A DNA stretch of 64,000 nt. It comes from a virus. Taxonomy: Duplodnaviria; Caudoviricetes. Position 1 is the first letter of the stretch; each line of letters opens with the position of its first letter. Positions 48,653 through 57,459 of this stretch are shown here, piece after piece. The stretch lies in the IMG/VR virus record IMGVR_UViG_3300031813_000005, positions 1 through 64,000 of that record; one strand, written 5' to 3'. The notes below the pieces were generated by a model. It was not told where the DNA came from. It was given only the letters and a program-made list of their open reading frames with translations, and did no database searches. A program made the translations under genes and the position numbers.

Positions 48653-50638
48653 TTACCAAAAACTACTGTTTCTTTTAGCTTTTGAGCCATATAAAAAGTT
48701 TCTGTGTGCTCTTTGTATACCTTCTAAATCATCTGAAAAAGGGTCTCCTAAATCATACTGCTCACCGAAAGGCAGTGTAGTATTCTTAAAATTAGTAAAC
48801 TCCAAATCAGATAGTATTTGTGTATTTTTCATACCAAGAAAATCGGCAGCTGCTTGTGTTCTTTCCCATTCTTCTACAGGATGAACAAAGTTTATATCTT
48901 CTAATCCAGAACCCTCATAAACACCAGATTTTATTTCATGATAAAGCTTTAATCTCGACTCTAATGAAGTTTTAGATATGCCCATCAAAATAGAAAAATG
49001 TTCTAAATATTCGTCAGAGTATTCTCCAGTTCTTGTCATCATTTCAGTGCTGGCCATGAGAGAAGCATTTTGGTCTATTTCTGGTCTATGAAAGTATTCT
49101 TTTGGAATAAGCGTAACTACAGCTAAAGCAAGAGCTAATATAAGGTCATCATTACCAGTAGATGCTTCCATTTTTCTACTACCATCTGCGTAAGCTTGTC
49201 CAGCAGAGAAGTTTTCCATTTGAACTTTTAATCTTGCGCTTTTGAGTTTAGAAATACCGTGTAGATTATTATAAAATAAAATCAATTTTTCAAGTAGTAG
49301 CACTCTACTGCTTCTATTGGTATTAAATCCCGGAGTTTGTTTATTATCAGCCATCCATAAGTTTTTATAGTTTTTTTGTTCGAGTAAGAATATAACTAAC
49401 TGGGAATATGAATTTTCTTCTATAACAAGCTCAGCAGTATTATAATGCTTTGCTGTTTTTAATAAAATATCAACAAACAATTCTGTTGGTAATTTACCCA
49501 TATATTCAGCCATTTGTTCTTGTGTTTCAACATCTATAACTTGAAATGCTGTATAATCCTTTGCTGAAGATTTATTAGAAGAACAGTCAACACCTATTAT
49601 ATATCTCTTACCAGTTTCAGCAAGTTTCCATATAAATAAAGTATCTTCATATGTTATTCCACCAAGTTGTTTATTTAATATGTTTTCATTCACTTTAAAA
49701 GCTTTTAATACATTATTATTAAATAAAGACGCTAAATTGATATCAAATCTACACTCATATTCCTGTTCAAACTTATCTATATTACCGTTATCAATTTGGA
49801 TTTGATGTTCCCTGAAATGAGGGTCTTTTGTGAATACTGGAGATACTGTATAGGGCAAGTTGTAATCAGTCCACGTATTCATTTTTGCGGCAGCGTATGT
49901 ATAAGTTTTATAAAACCAGTTTAAATCTGAATTGCCGTTTGGTGAAGAGATAGCTATAAGTTTAGCATCTGCGGCAGCTACTGTTGGTAAAATAGCTTTT
50001 ACCACCTCATCGCAGTTTTCAATGAAGGCGGCCTCGTCAAGAACAAATAATGTAGCAGAAAACGATCTGGCGGCGTGTGGGTTTGAAGTTATGGCTTTAA
50101 TGATAGATTTAGTATCAAACTCTACTGTACTCTTACTATAAAGAGTTGTTGCCGGTTTTAGCCACTCAGGTAAAAACTCATACGCAGTCTTTAATTTAGC
50201 AATAAACTCTTCTGCGGACTCTCTTTTGTGGGCCACAATTAGAGTTTTCTTACCTTGTGAGAATATAGAATACCATAGACAATAAAACATTACAATAGTA
50301 GATACGCCTAACTGACGAGATTTAACCGCTATTGAGTATTTATCATTTCGAACACCTTTGAGAATACTCTCCTGATAAGGGGCTGTATTGAAAGGAATAA
50401 TACCAGCAGCACCATGGCCGATAATAAACCCGTAATTATTAGCAAAATATACAGGGTCATCAAAACACTTTTGACGCTCTTCCTTAACATACTGAATAAG
50501 AGTTTCACGTATTTCATCAGATGACTTTCCTTCTTTTTGTAATTTAGCAACAAGTCTTTCTGGCTCATAATATCTATGAGTTAAGTCATCCGGTTTATTC
50601 ATAAACTTTTTGGCTTGTAAAGACTTGGTTTTAGCCAT
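48653..50638 (-). CDS. terL: Terminase large subunit (T4 gp17-like)
   Basis: Walker A KSRQLGVST, Walker B FVLDEAAF, SSPNG, FEQEYEC, nuclease GVD...DY...NDDL. Confidence 0.96.
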   Translation of the reverse strand: MAKTKSLQAKKFMNKPDDLTHRYYEPERLVAKLQKEGKSSDEIRETLIQYVKEERQKCFDDPVYFANNYGFIIGHGAAGIIPFNTAPYQESILKGVRNDKYSIAVKSRQLGVSTIVMFYCLWYSIFSQGKKTLIVAHKRESAEEFIAKLKTAYEFLPEWLKPATTLYSKSTVEFDTKSIIKAITSNPHAARSFSATLFVLDEAAFIENCDEVVKAILPTVAAADAKLIAISSPNGNSDLNWFYKTYTYAAAKMNTWTDYNLPYTVSPVFTKDPHFREHQIQIDNGNIDKFEQEYECRFDINLASLFNNNVLKAFKVNENILNKQLGGITYEDTLFIWKLAETGKRYIIGVDCSSNKSSAKDYTAFQVIDVETQEQMAEYMGKLPTELFVDILLKTAKHYNTAELVIEENSYSQLVIFLLEQKNYKNLWMADNKQTPGFNTNRSSRVLLLEKLILFYNNLHGISKLKSARLKVQMENFSAGQAYADGSRKMEASTGNDDLILALALAVVTLIPKEYFHRPEIDQNASLMASTEMMTRTGEYSDEYLEHFSILMGISKTSLESRLKLYHEIKSGVYEGSGLEDINFVHPVEEWERTQAAADFLGMKNTQILSDLEFTNFKNTTLPFGEQYDLGDPFSDDLEGIQRAHRNFLYGSKAKRNSSFW

Positions 50639-51114
50639 TATTTAAAATCTTTCATTAATATATCTGCTGCTGTTTCTGGTGATACGGTTTTAGAACCTGT
50701 ATTTTCAACTTGAACATCTATTATATCTACTTCACCATCTTCTGTGAGAAGTTTTGGCTGGCTTGGTTGTTGTCCAGACATGTTTAATTTAGCCCCAACT
50801 CCAGCACCAAGAGCTGCGGAGTTTAAAAGGTCAGAAATACTTAAATCTCCACCTCTTTTGTTTCCAGCAGCTTCTGTTGTCTTATATGAAGTTAAGTTCT
50901 TTAATATATCATTTTTTTGTTTTAATGCTTGTAATTGTAATTCACCGAGTTTTGCTAAACTGATAGGAAATGAAGCATCTGTTGATTGTATCATTCTATC
51001 TCGTTGAATATCTATTAGTCCCGAATAAAGTTCTGCTACATCATCTAATTCTTTTATAAGCTTTTCAGACTCATCCATTACAAGTCCATCAATTTTTTGG
51101 ACTATTGGATTCAT
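50638..51114 (-). CDS. Putative terminase small subunit
   Basis: Helical 158-aa protein coupled (TAATG) to terL. Start moved to MNPIVQK, downstream of the late motif at 51127-51134. Confidence 0.55.
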   Translation of the reverse strand: MNPIVQKIDGLVMDESEKLIKELDDVAELYSGLIDIQRDRMIQSTDASFPISLAKLGELQLQALKQKNDILKNLTSYKTTEAAGNKRGGDLSISDLLNSAALGAGVGAKLNMSGQQPSQPKLLTEDGEVDIIDVQVENTGSKTVSPETAADILMKDFK

Positions 51115-51171
51115 ATTTTCGCGTTTATTTAATTGGTTCATGTAAAGGCTCTTATTATAACTTATTTCTTA

Positions 51172-51198
51172 ATAAATAATAAAGGGCCCGAAAGCCCT
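51172..51198 (-). terminator. Intrinsic terminator between sigma and terminase genes
   Basis: AGGGC-TTTCGG-GCCCT followed by TTATTATTT. Confidence 0.75.
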
Positions 51199-51274
51199 CT
51201 ATTATACATGTATTATGAGTTGAAAAACTCACGTTTTTAATAACAGCACAACCACTACAAGGCTTACTGTACAT

Positions 51275-52273
51275 TTAATTATCTTGTTCAAAATCATTTT
51301 GCGTTAATAATAATTTAGATGAAAATATATTGAGAGGCCCAAAAGCCTCTCTCATTTTTATCATAGTAGCTAAAACTTCTTTTGATTTTACTTGACATTC
51401 TGTTTGTAATGTATATATTAAATTATTAGCTATCTTATGTAAATCTTCGCCGTTTTCTAAAATACTATACAATTTATATAATATCTTTCTATCTATTTCT
51501 GTTAAGTCTTCATAATCCTTAAAAGCATTCAAAAAGATTAAAAACTCCTGAAATACCATAGCAGCATCACTTACAAATTGTTTATCTCCTTCAACAGCAC
51601 GACCCATGGCATCATAAGACATATTATGTATCTTATCATAGCCGTGGGCCATTGTTATAGTTGTTATGCCATAGTTAAGTATCATTGTAAAATATGTGTA
51701 TACCCTGGCATATATAGGACGATTTTTTTCGTCGTGGCCGACTACTCTTTGAGGGTCAAACTTATCCATGGCTTGGATGAGCTTGATAACAGCACCTTGA
51801 AATATCTCACCGTAAGATATCCCATGCTTATGACGACCATACTTAAATATAACACCATCAATAATCGTGTAAAGATATGCCACAAAATCGTTTTGATTTT
51901 CTGGAGTTTTATTAGCATTCCATTTTTCCCATAAATGCCTTCCAACAGCTTCAATAAAGTAAATATTTGATTTCTTTCCGCGTTTCTTTTTTAATTCAAA
52001 ACCTTCAAGAAGTTCTGGATAATATGCAGTAGCTCTTGTTATAAAAACCTCTGAATACTTATTAAGATCTGGTTCTATAAGTATCATCTCACCCATAGCC
52101 TTTTTCTCTACATCAGACACATCTTGTTTATTATAAGTTATCTCACGATACTCATATTTTTTATCTTTTCTTTTTTCAACTTCTGTTCGTTGGTCCTCAA
52201 AAGAAAAGCTTTCTAATATTTCATCAAGTTCAGATTCTCTATGTTCGGAATTATTCTCATCAAATAGTATCAT
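51275..52273 (-). CDS. Phage sigma factor (gp55-like late sigma)
   Basis: Sigma region 2-like segment YGEIFQGAVIKLIQAMDKFDP...VYTYFTMI. Confidence 0.75.
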   Translation of the reverse strand: MILFDENNSEHRESELDEILESFSFEDQRTEVEKRKDKKYEYREITYNKQDVSDVEKKAMGEMILIEPDLNKYSEVFITRATAYYPELLEGFELKKKRGKKSNIYFIEAVGRHLWEKWNANKTPENQNDFVAYLYTIIDGVIFKYGRHKHGISYGEIFQGAVIKLIQAMDKFDPQRVVGHDEKNRPIYARVYTYFTMILNYGITTITMAHGYDKIHNMSYDAMGRAVEGDKQFVSDAAMVFQEFLIFLNAFKDYEDLTEIDRKILYKLYSILENGEDLHKIANNLIYTLQTECQVKSKEVLATMIKMREAFGPLNIFSSKLLLTQNDFEQDN

Positions 52274-52290
52274 TTATCTATTGTCTCTAA

Positions 52291-52319
52291 ATAATACATC
52301 GAAAGATATTTAAAAACAA
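52291..52319 (-). promoter_or_regulatory. Candidate sigma70-type promoter for the phage sigma gene
   Basis: TTGTTT-17 bp-TATTAT, with the -10 box ending 17 nt before the ATG. Confidence 0.4.
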
Positions 52320-52363
52320 GCAGCTTAAATATATAAATTAAATTATATTGTGAAAGATTTATT

Positions 52364-52654
52364 ATGTCCTTCGACCCATTTGATGAACGATTATATACTA
52401 GTAAGATAACTGTCTCAGAAGAAACCATTCAAGATACAATTAATGCAACAGAAAAATTATTCTCTCTTGACGAAATTCAGAAAATGGCCGCATTGATTAA
52501 ACGCGGTGGTAGATTTGAGCACATTAAAGACGCATTTCCATATACCGGCTCTTTTAGTGATGTTAACAGTCATGAAGGAATAAATGCATTTAATAGTAAA
52601 AGAGATGCTTACTATGCAAAATTGGATAAACTATACCGGGCAATGATTAGCTAA
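52364..52654 (+). CDS. Hypothetical protein
   Basis: 96 aa, late motif at 52336-52343, ends at a bidirectional terminator. Confidence 0.7.
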   Translation: MSFDPFDERLYTSKITVSEETIQDTINATEKLFSLDEIQKMAALIKRGGRFEHIKDAFPYTGSFSDVNSHEGINAFNSKRDAYYAKLDKLYRAMIS

Positions 52655-52660
52655 GTATAA

Positions 52661-52697
52661 ATAAAAAGACCCACTGTTTTAAGGTGGGCCTTTTTAT
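52661..52697. terminator. Bidirectional terminator between convergent genes
   Basis: ATAAAAAGACCCAC...GTGGGCCTTTTTAT. Confidence 0.85.
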
Positions 52698-52714
52698 GTC
52701 TATTAATATTGATA

Positions 52715-52972
52715 CTAATTACTGGATAATATTAAATAATGTTCGTGGTTAGTAATACCAAATAACTTTTTAGATTGCTCATCAGATAATTTCTTTTGAA
52801 GAGAAGACATTCTATTCCAATTAGCCCAAATTCTTTCTAACTCAGCTTTTGTTGGCTCTTCGTGAATTAGCTCTATACCTGTAGTAGCTCTCCACACATG
52901 AACTGGATCTTTTAATAGAGCAGGATAATGTGCTTTTAAGTACTCTAAAGGATAAGGCGGATCATAAAGCAT
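52715..52972 (-). CDS. Hypothetical 85-aa protein (MLYDPPYPL...)
   Basis: ATG 52972 lies just past the recA stop and 4 nt after AATTAA; the longer track start overlaps recA. Confidence 0.75.
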   Translation of the reverse strand: MLYDPPYPLEYLKAHYPALLKDPVHVWRATTGIELIHEEPTKAELERIWANWNRMSSLQKKLSDEQSKKLFGITNHEHYLILSSN

Positions 52973-52980
52973 AAACTTAA

Positions 52981-54138
52981 TTAAAGCAAACCTAAACCTG
53001 GGTCCATATCTTCTGTGAGAAGCTGAGTATCTGTTTCTGAATTGTCGTTGAGAGCAAGGTTGGTAAAACAAGACTTCATCATATTAACGAAATGCTGTCT
53101 ATTCTCTTCCGAAGCATTAAATAACTCAATAAAAGTACTATCAGAGTTAAACTTCTTTTCAGTACCGTCTGGCAGGGTAATAGTTTTCCATGCTCCGGTT
53201 CCTGGGAAGGCTTTAGCATCATTTAAAACATCATAAACGATACCAGCGTTGCTATAAGCTCGTTGGTCATAATAGAACCTGAGAGGGAGAACCCGGTTCA
53301 TTGCTCCAGAAGTCTTACATTTAATAACCTTGCAATTAACGATGTGACCTTCAGACATTTTAGTATCACCAAGGGTCTTGCCACGCGTGAAGAACAAACG
53401 AGTAATAGCCATGAACTTCAACATATCGCCACCTGGAGTTGTATATTCAGGGCCAGTGAATGAATTAGTCATTCCACCAATCTTGATGCGACTCTGATTT
53501 ACAAACATTGCGGCGAGGTTTGTTTCATGACAAATAGACTTTGTTCTTTTAATACCTTTAGAAATTACACGGGCTGTGGTTGCAAATGAATTTGTTTCCA
53601 TATCAGCCTCAAGCTCTGCCTTGGCAATTAAACCAGCAACAGAGTCGACAATAACCATAGATGGAGCTTTGATATTATTCTTAGCGATATGGTTGGCTAC
53701 TCTTTCAATCTGACTAAATACTTTTTCAGCCACATCTTCAATGGTAATGATAGACTTTTTGGGATCAACTCCAAAATGCTCCAACCTAAAACGATCACCA
53801 ACACCACCCGACTCAGTATCAATAATAACACCTAAGCCACCCTGTCTTTGAATATTAGCAAGCATGTGAATACCGAAACTCGATTTGCCAGTTCCTTCTC
53901 GTCCTGCTACTTCTGTCATCTTACCTTGAGGTAGACCACCACCTAAAAGATAATCAAGAGCATCAATATTGGTTTTAATAAAACCACTAATGTTATCATC
54001 GTCATCAATGGCTGTGCCAGCCCCAAACTCTTTTCGGAGTTCTGCTCTAAATCCGTCCAAATCACCTAAACCAGAAACTCCAGCTAATTGCTCTTCTTCT
54101 TTAGATAGACCAGTTAAACTTTTCTTTTTATACGCCAT
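52981..54138 (-). CDS. uvsX: RecA/UvsX recombinase
   Basis: LDYLLGGGLPQG, Walker A GREGTGKS, IDTE, Walker B IVDSVAGL, FVNQSR and TPGG. Start at MAYKKK (AAGGA RBS). Confidence 0.95.
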   Translation of the reverse strand: MAYKKKSLTGLSKEEEQLAGVSGLGDLDGFRAELRKEFGAGTAIDDDDNISGFIKTNIDALDYLLGGGLPQGKMTEVAGREGTGKSSFGIHMLANIQRQGGLGVIIDTESGGVGDRFRLEHFGVDPKKSIITIEDVAEKVFSQIERVANHIAKNNIKAPSMVIVDSVAGLIAKAELEADMETNSFATTARVISKGIKRTKSICHETNLAAMFVNQSRIKIGGMTNSFTGPEYTTPGGDMLKFMAITRLFFTRGKTLGDTKMSEGHIVNCKVIKCKTSGAMNRVLPLRFYYDQRAYSNAGIVYDVLNDAKAFPGTGAWKTITLPDGTEKKFNSDSTFIELFNASEENRQHFVNMMKSCFTNLALNDNSETDTQLLTEDMDPGLGLL

Positions 54139-54151
54139 TTTATATCCTTTT

Positions 54152-54205
54152 AAAAAAATGGGCCAGTGAGTGTTTAAGGAGGCGAAACACACTCACTGGC
54201 TCCAT
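54152..54205 (-). terminator. Long terminator hairpin between ssb and recA
   Basis: GCCAGTGAGTGT/ACACTCACTGGC 12-bp perfect stem, 15-nt loop, T7 tail. Confidence 0.8.
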
Positions 54206-54249
54206 TACACGGTCCAACTATTATTTTACACAATTAGACCGTTTCCCGA

Positions 54250-55101
54250 TTAGTTATCGTCTCTCAATGAAGCGCGAAGAGTGTCCAAATCAGAAGGACT
54301 AAACTCTTCACTATCTGCTTCCTGCGAAGAAAGCTTCTTTGGTTTAGAAGAAGCCGTTGGGCTTACAACAGGTTCATCTACCTTTGGTTGGCTTGTAAAA
54401 CGAGCTACAAGTTCAGCCATCTTTTCCTCTGAAGGAGGAGTAATGATTGCGGTTAAATCGGGAGATACTTCAATTAGCTTATCCCAAATGTCCTTACCCT
54501 TTTTGCCAGTAAAAGCAGGTTCTGGGTCCTGAAACTGCCAAGTAGTAGCAACTATAGTTCCCTTACCGGCTGGCTTCAAGAGTTCACAATTTCTACCGCT
54601 ATCAAAATCTACGAAATCCTTTTCCTTGCTCATAATGGAAACAATACCTTCCATAGAAGCTTTAGACGAGGCACGAACGATCTTCACAGACTCTTCTGTG
54701 ATGTTAGAAGTATCGAGCTTATCTACCTCATAACCTACTAACAAATAATTTTGCTTAACTACCAACTGCTTAAAAGCTTCCTTGTAAGCTGGGTCTTCGG
54801 TGGCCGTAAACTTTCTATAAGAGTTGGAAGCTAACTCGCAGAATGGACACTTTCTTCCATCGCCGGCCTTTTGGGGACAAGCGAAACTTTCAAATCTACC
54901 GTCTGGAAAATTGACAGCATGGTGATTGTAAATCTCAACAGGAAGTTCAAAATCCTTTGACTTTAGAGGTAGAAACCTTAAAGTATGTGTAGCTCCTGGA
55001 GAGGGTTTAAACCAATAAGGACCAGTCTTCGCTGACTTTTGGTTTGACTTTTCGAGTATTTCCTTGAAAAGATTAAAATTCGTTTTCTTAATTTCTGCCA
55101 T
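54250..55101 (-). CDS. Single-stranded DNA-binding protein (T4 gp32-like)
   Basis: WFKP...LRFLP, H...CP...CPFCE Zn site, D..SGR, acidic C-tail. Start at MAEIKK (AAGGA RBS). Confidence 0.85.
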   Translation of the reverse strand: MAEIKKTNFNLFKEILEKSNQKSAKTGPYWFKPSPGATHTLRFLPLKSKDFELPVEIYNHHAVNFPDGRFESFACPQKAGDGRKCPFCELASNSYRKFTATEDPAYKEAFKQLVVKQNYLLVGYEVDKLDTSNITEESVKIVRASSKASMEGIVSIMSKEKDFVDFDSGRNCELLKPAGKGTIVATTWQFQDPEPAFTGKKGKDIWDKLIEVSPDLTAIITPPSEEKMAELVARFTSQPKVDEPVVSPTASSKPKKLSSQEADSEEFSPSDLDTLRASLRDDN

Positions 55102-55253
55102 TTGGCGTTCCTTTATATGAAGGCTGGAGATTTCCAGCAAAAGACCCGATATATTGGTATCAGGTAAGTAATAATTCCGTGTGAAGTTTAATTCGCCTCG
55201 GTAAATATATATCGGATATGCGGGTCAGACTGGAAATGAAAAGTTCAAAAAGT

Positions 55254-55270
55254 TTGGCACGATTATTGCT
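55254..55270 (+). promoter_or_regulatory. sigma54 (RpoN) -24/-12 promoter
   Basis: TTGGCACGATTATTGCT matches YTGGCACGRNNNTTGCW with GG-N10-GC spacing; predicted +1 about 55281, 11 nt before ATG 55292. Confidence 0.7.
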
Positions 55271-55291
55271 AATATAAATAATAAAGTATAT

Positions 55292-56416
55292 ATGATAATA
55301 ACCAGCTCTCCTAAAAATAAACTCCTATTAGGAGACAATAATAAAAAAATCAATAAAAGATTACTATCAACTGTTGATATTAATAATAGTATACTGGTAA
55401 TAGATTTTACTTACTACTGTTCTCTAATAGCTAACAAACTAAAATATAGTAGCTCTTTTGGCGAAAAATGGTCCGACCTGGTTGGCTCGAGCGACAGGCT
55501 TCGTGCGCTACAAGCAGTTGATGATATCTTCGAACCGATTTTGAGCATTAAACGCCTTGTAGAAATAAAAAATCTGGTGCTTCTAACCAAACCAACAAAA
55601 GATTTTTCAATTTTTGAAAAAGAGCTGTTTAAAGTTTTCTCTGGTATAATAAGTTATTATATAGAAACAACAAATAAAGTATCTTCTTTATATTCTATAG
55701 CCGTTCAAGAAAAACAAAAATATATTATACTTACAGATGATGTTAGTTTTTGGTCTATTTGTAGTCAAAAATCAAAGATTTGTTTTTGTACTGTTATTAA
55801 AAATAATAAAGTTAGATTTTATTTTGATAAGTTTGGGTTAGAATACCTTTCAAGCCTAATCCAAACAAACAAAATTGTTAATAAACTACGCCTCAGTAAA
55901 TTAAAATATGTTAATCTCCAGTATTTGTTTTTACTGTTATTATATGTAAAGTTTAAACAAGTTAAAATGAAAGAAGAACTTGATATTTCAGATAAGCAAT
56001 TTTTAGGTGCGAAAGGAAAAGCTTTACAGTTATTAACAACAGCACATAAAGAGATATCTTATTATTTTCTGACTAAACCTGATATAATGGAAATATTCTT
56101 AACAAGTTCTATAACGCACTTCACTCTTAATTTAAGCAGATTAAAGAAATTAACACAATTTGATATTACTTTACTCTCTGGTTTTGCTGCTTACTACAAT
56201 TATAGTAAAATAACACAAATAGATGTAATCAAAACCAAACCAAAAACTGTTTATTATAAGCTCATAGAACATTCAAAGTTATTTTGTTTTCAAGACATAG
56301 AGAAACCAGAAAAAAATAAAAAAGTCTCTCTGCCACAAGAACCAATTCAATCCGATATATCTTCGCTGGAGACTTCTCTGGCTGTTAATCAAATTTTAAA
56401 GGATTTAGCATGGTAA
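55292..56416 (+). CDS. Hypothetical protein; possible inactive 5'-nuclease paralog
   Basis: 374 aa, basic; ILVIDF and YIILTDDVSFWSI segments echo FEN motifs. Confidence 0.65.
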   Translation: MIITSSPKNKLLLGDNNKKINKRLLSTVDINNSILVIDFTYYCSLIANKLKYSSSFGEKWSDLVGSSDRLRALQAVDDIFEPILSIKRLVEIKNLVLLTKPTKDFSIFEKELFKVFSGIISYYIETTNKVSSLYSIAVQEKQKYIILTDDVSFWSICSQKSKICFCTVIKNNKVRFYFDKFGLEYLSSLIQTNKIVNKLRLSKLKYVNLQYLFLLLLYVKFKQVKMKEELDISDKQFLGAKGKALQLLTTAHKEISYYFLTKPDIMEIFLTSSITHFTLNLSRLKKLTQFDITLLSGFAAYYNYSKITQIDVIKTKPKTVYYKLIEHSKLFCFQDIEKPEKNKKVSLPQEPIQSDISSLETSLAVNQILKDLAW

Positions 56417-57459
56417 AAGATATGATATTTATGGATACAAATCCAGCACTTTTAGTTGATGGGAGTAATCTTTTAATTCGTTTGCTATATGCTCGTCAAT
56501 CTGGTTCTAACTTACTAACAGAAACAGAATTATTATCTTCTGTTGCTGATATGTTTATTCACCAATTAGGGCTTCAGGCAAAGAACTTCAACTGTTCGAG
56601 TATTTATATTATATTTGATATTGGCGGATCTCACCGGAAACAAGCTTTATATACAGAATATAAGAGCAACAGAGAGTTAGCACCCATAGCTGGTGCTGCT
56701 ATGGATACTAAAGACTATTTGTTTAGTATGTATGGTAAGTTAAGAGATAATGTAGTTGACTTGTGTAGAGCTTTTAATTTACCTGTATTTATGGAAACTG
56801 GTATAGAAGCGGATGACATCATTGGTATAATGGCTGAACAACTAACAAGCCTTGGAAAAAACTCTGTTATATTAAGCAACGATACGGATTTCTTACAGTT
56901 GGTAGCTAGCCCATCCGTGTCTTGCTATGTTCCATACAAAAAAACAATTGTTAATAATAAAAACTTTCCAGAGTATTTTAATGAAATGAAGGGTATAAAA
57001 ATCCACCCTCAAGAGTATTTATTCTTTAAAGCGTTAGTAGGAGATAAAGGCGACAATATACCAGGAATTAATCGCGTAGGCTATAAGACCCTTTACAAGC
57101 TCCGCGAAGCCTACTTTACAAACGACCAGACATATTTAAATCTTTATGATAAAAACCCTATTGACTTTATCAATACTGTATCATCTATTAATAGCACTGA
57201 CAAATTTCTAACTCTTATTAAAAACAATAAAGACTTGATACTTCGTAATTACAAACTAATAGACTTATCAAGCACATACTCTTCTGCTTATACTTTAAAC
57301 CAAGCATTAAAGTTTTTATCTTCTAATACACTTCAAAAGCCCTCTATCCCACAAATTACAACTAAATATAAAGAACTGTTTAAGTTATCCCCAAAGTTTG
57401 AATTTGTCGTGGAAAACATTGGGCGGCTCGGAAAATGTTTTCGGCATGAACAGGGTTAA
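56410..57459 (+). CDS. 5'-3' exonuclease / flap endonuclease (T4 RNase H-like)
   Basis: LLVDGSN, FD, YKSNR, EADDII, SNDTDFLQL and ALVGDKGDNIPGI motifs. Confidence 0.95.
   Translation: MVKDMIFMDTNPALLVDGSNLLIRLLYARQSGSNLLTETELLSSVADMFIHQLGLQAKNFNCSSIYIIFDIGGSHRKQALYTEYKSNRELAPIAGAAMDTKDYLFSMYGKLRDNVVDLCRAFNLPVFMETGIEADDIIGIMAEQLTSLGKNSVILSNDTDFLQLVASPSVSCYVPYKKTIVNNKNFPEYFNEMKGIKIHPQEYLFFKALVGDKGDNIPGINRVGYKTLYKLREAYFTNDQTYLNLYDKNPIDFINTVSSINSTDKFLTLIKNNKDLILRNYKLIDLSSTYSSAYTLNQALKFLSSNTLQKPSIPQITTKYKELFKLSPKFEFVVENIGRLGKCFRHEQG

Noticed and set aside
52973-53071. Longer N-terminus of ORF 52715..53071, and upstream TTG/GTG starts of recA (54192), ssb (55140) and HD (57398)
   Set aside because: They overlap neighbouring genes or hairpins; downstream ATGs have an RBS or promoter motif, or avoid a long overlap.
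54005-54020. Second sigma54-like site CTGGCACAGCCATTGA (minus strand)
   Set aside because: Lies inside recA and has GA instead of the conserved -12 GC.
48653-54138. Inteins or introns in terL or recA
   Set aside because: Motifs are contiguous at normal spacing; no splice-junction or LAGLIDADG signatures seen.
1561-54532. Many short plus-strand ORFs opposite structural genes (e.g. 2782..3066, 17220..17633, 32382..32873, 51578..51934)
   Set aside because: Antisense shadows of biased or repetitive coding sequence, fully nested in well-supported genes.
55273-55280. T4 late promoter TATAAATA (also 52656, 62503)
   Set aside because: Absent upstream of capsid, tube, portal and most late genes; expected by chance in AT-rich DNA. 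The AATTAANT motif explains the late genes better.
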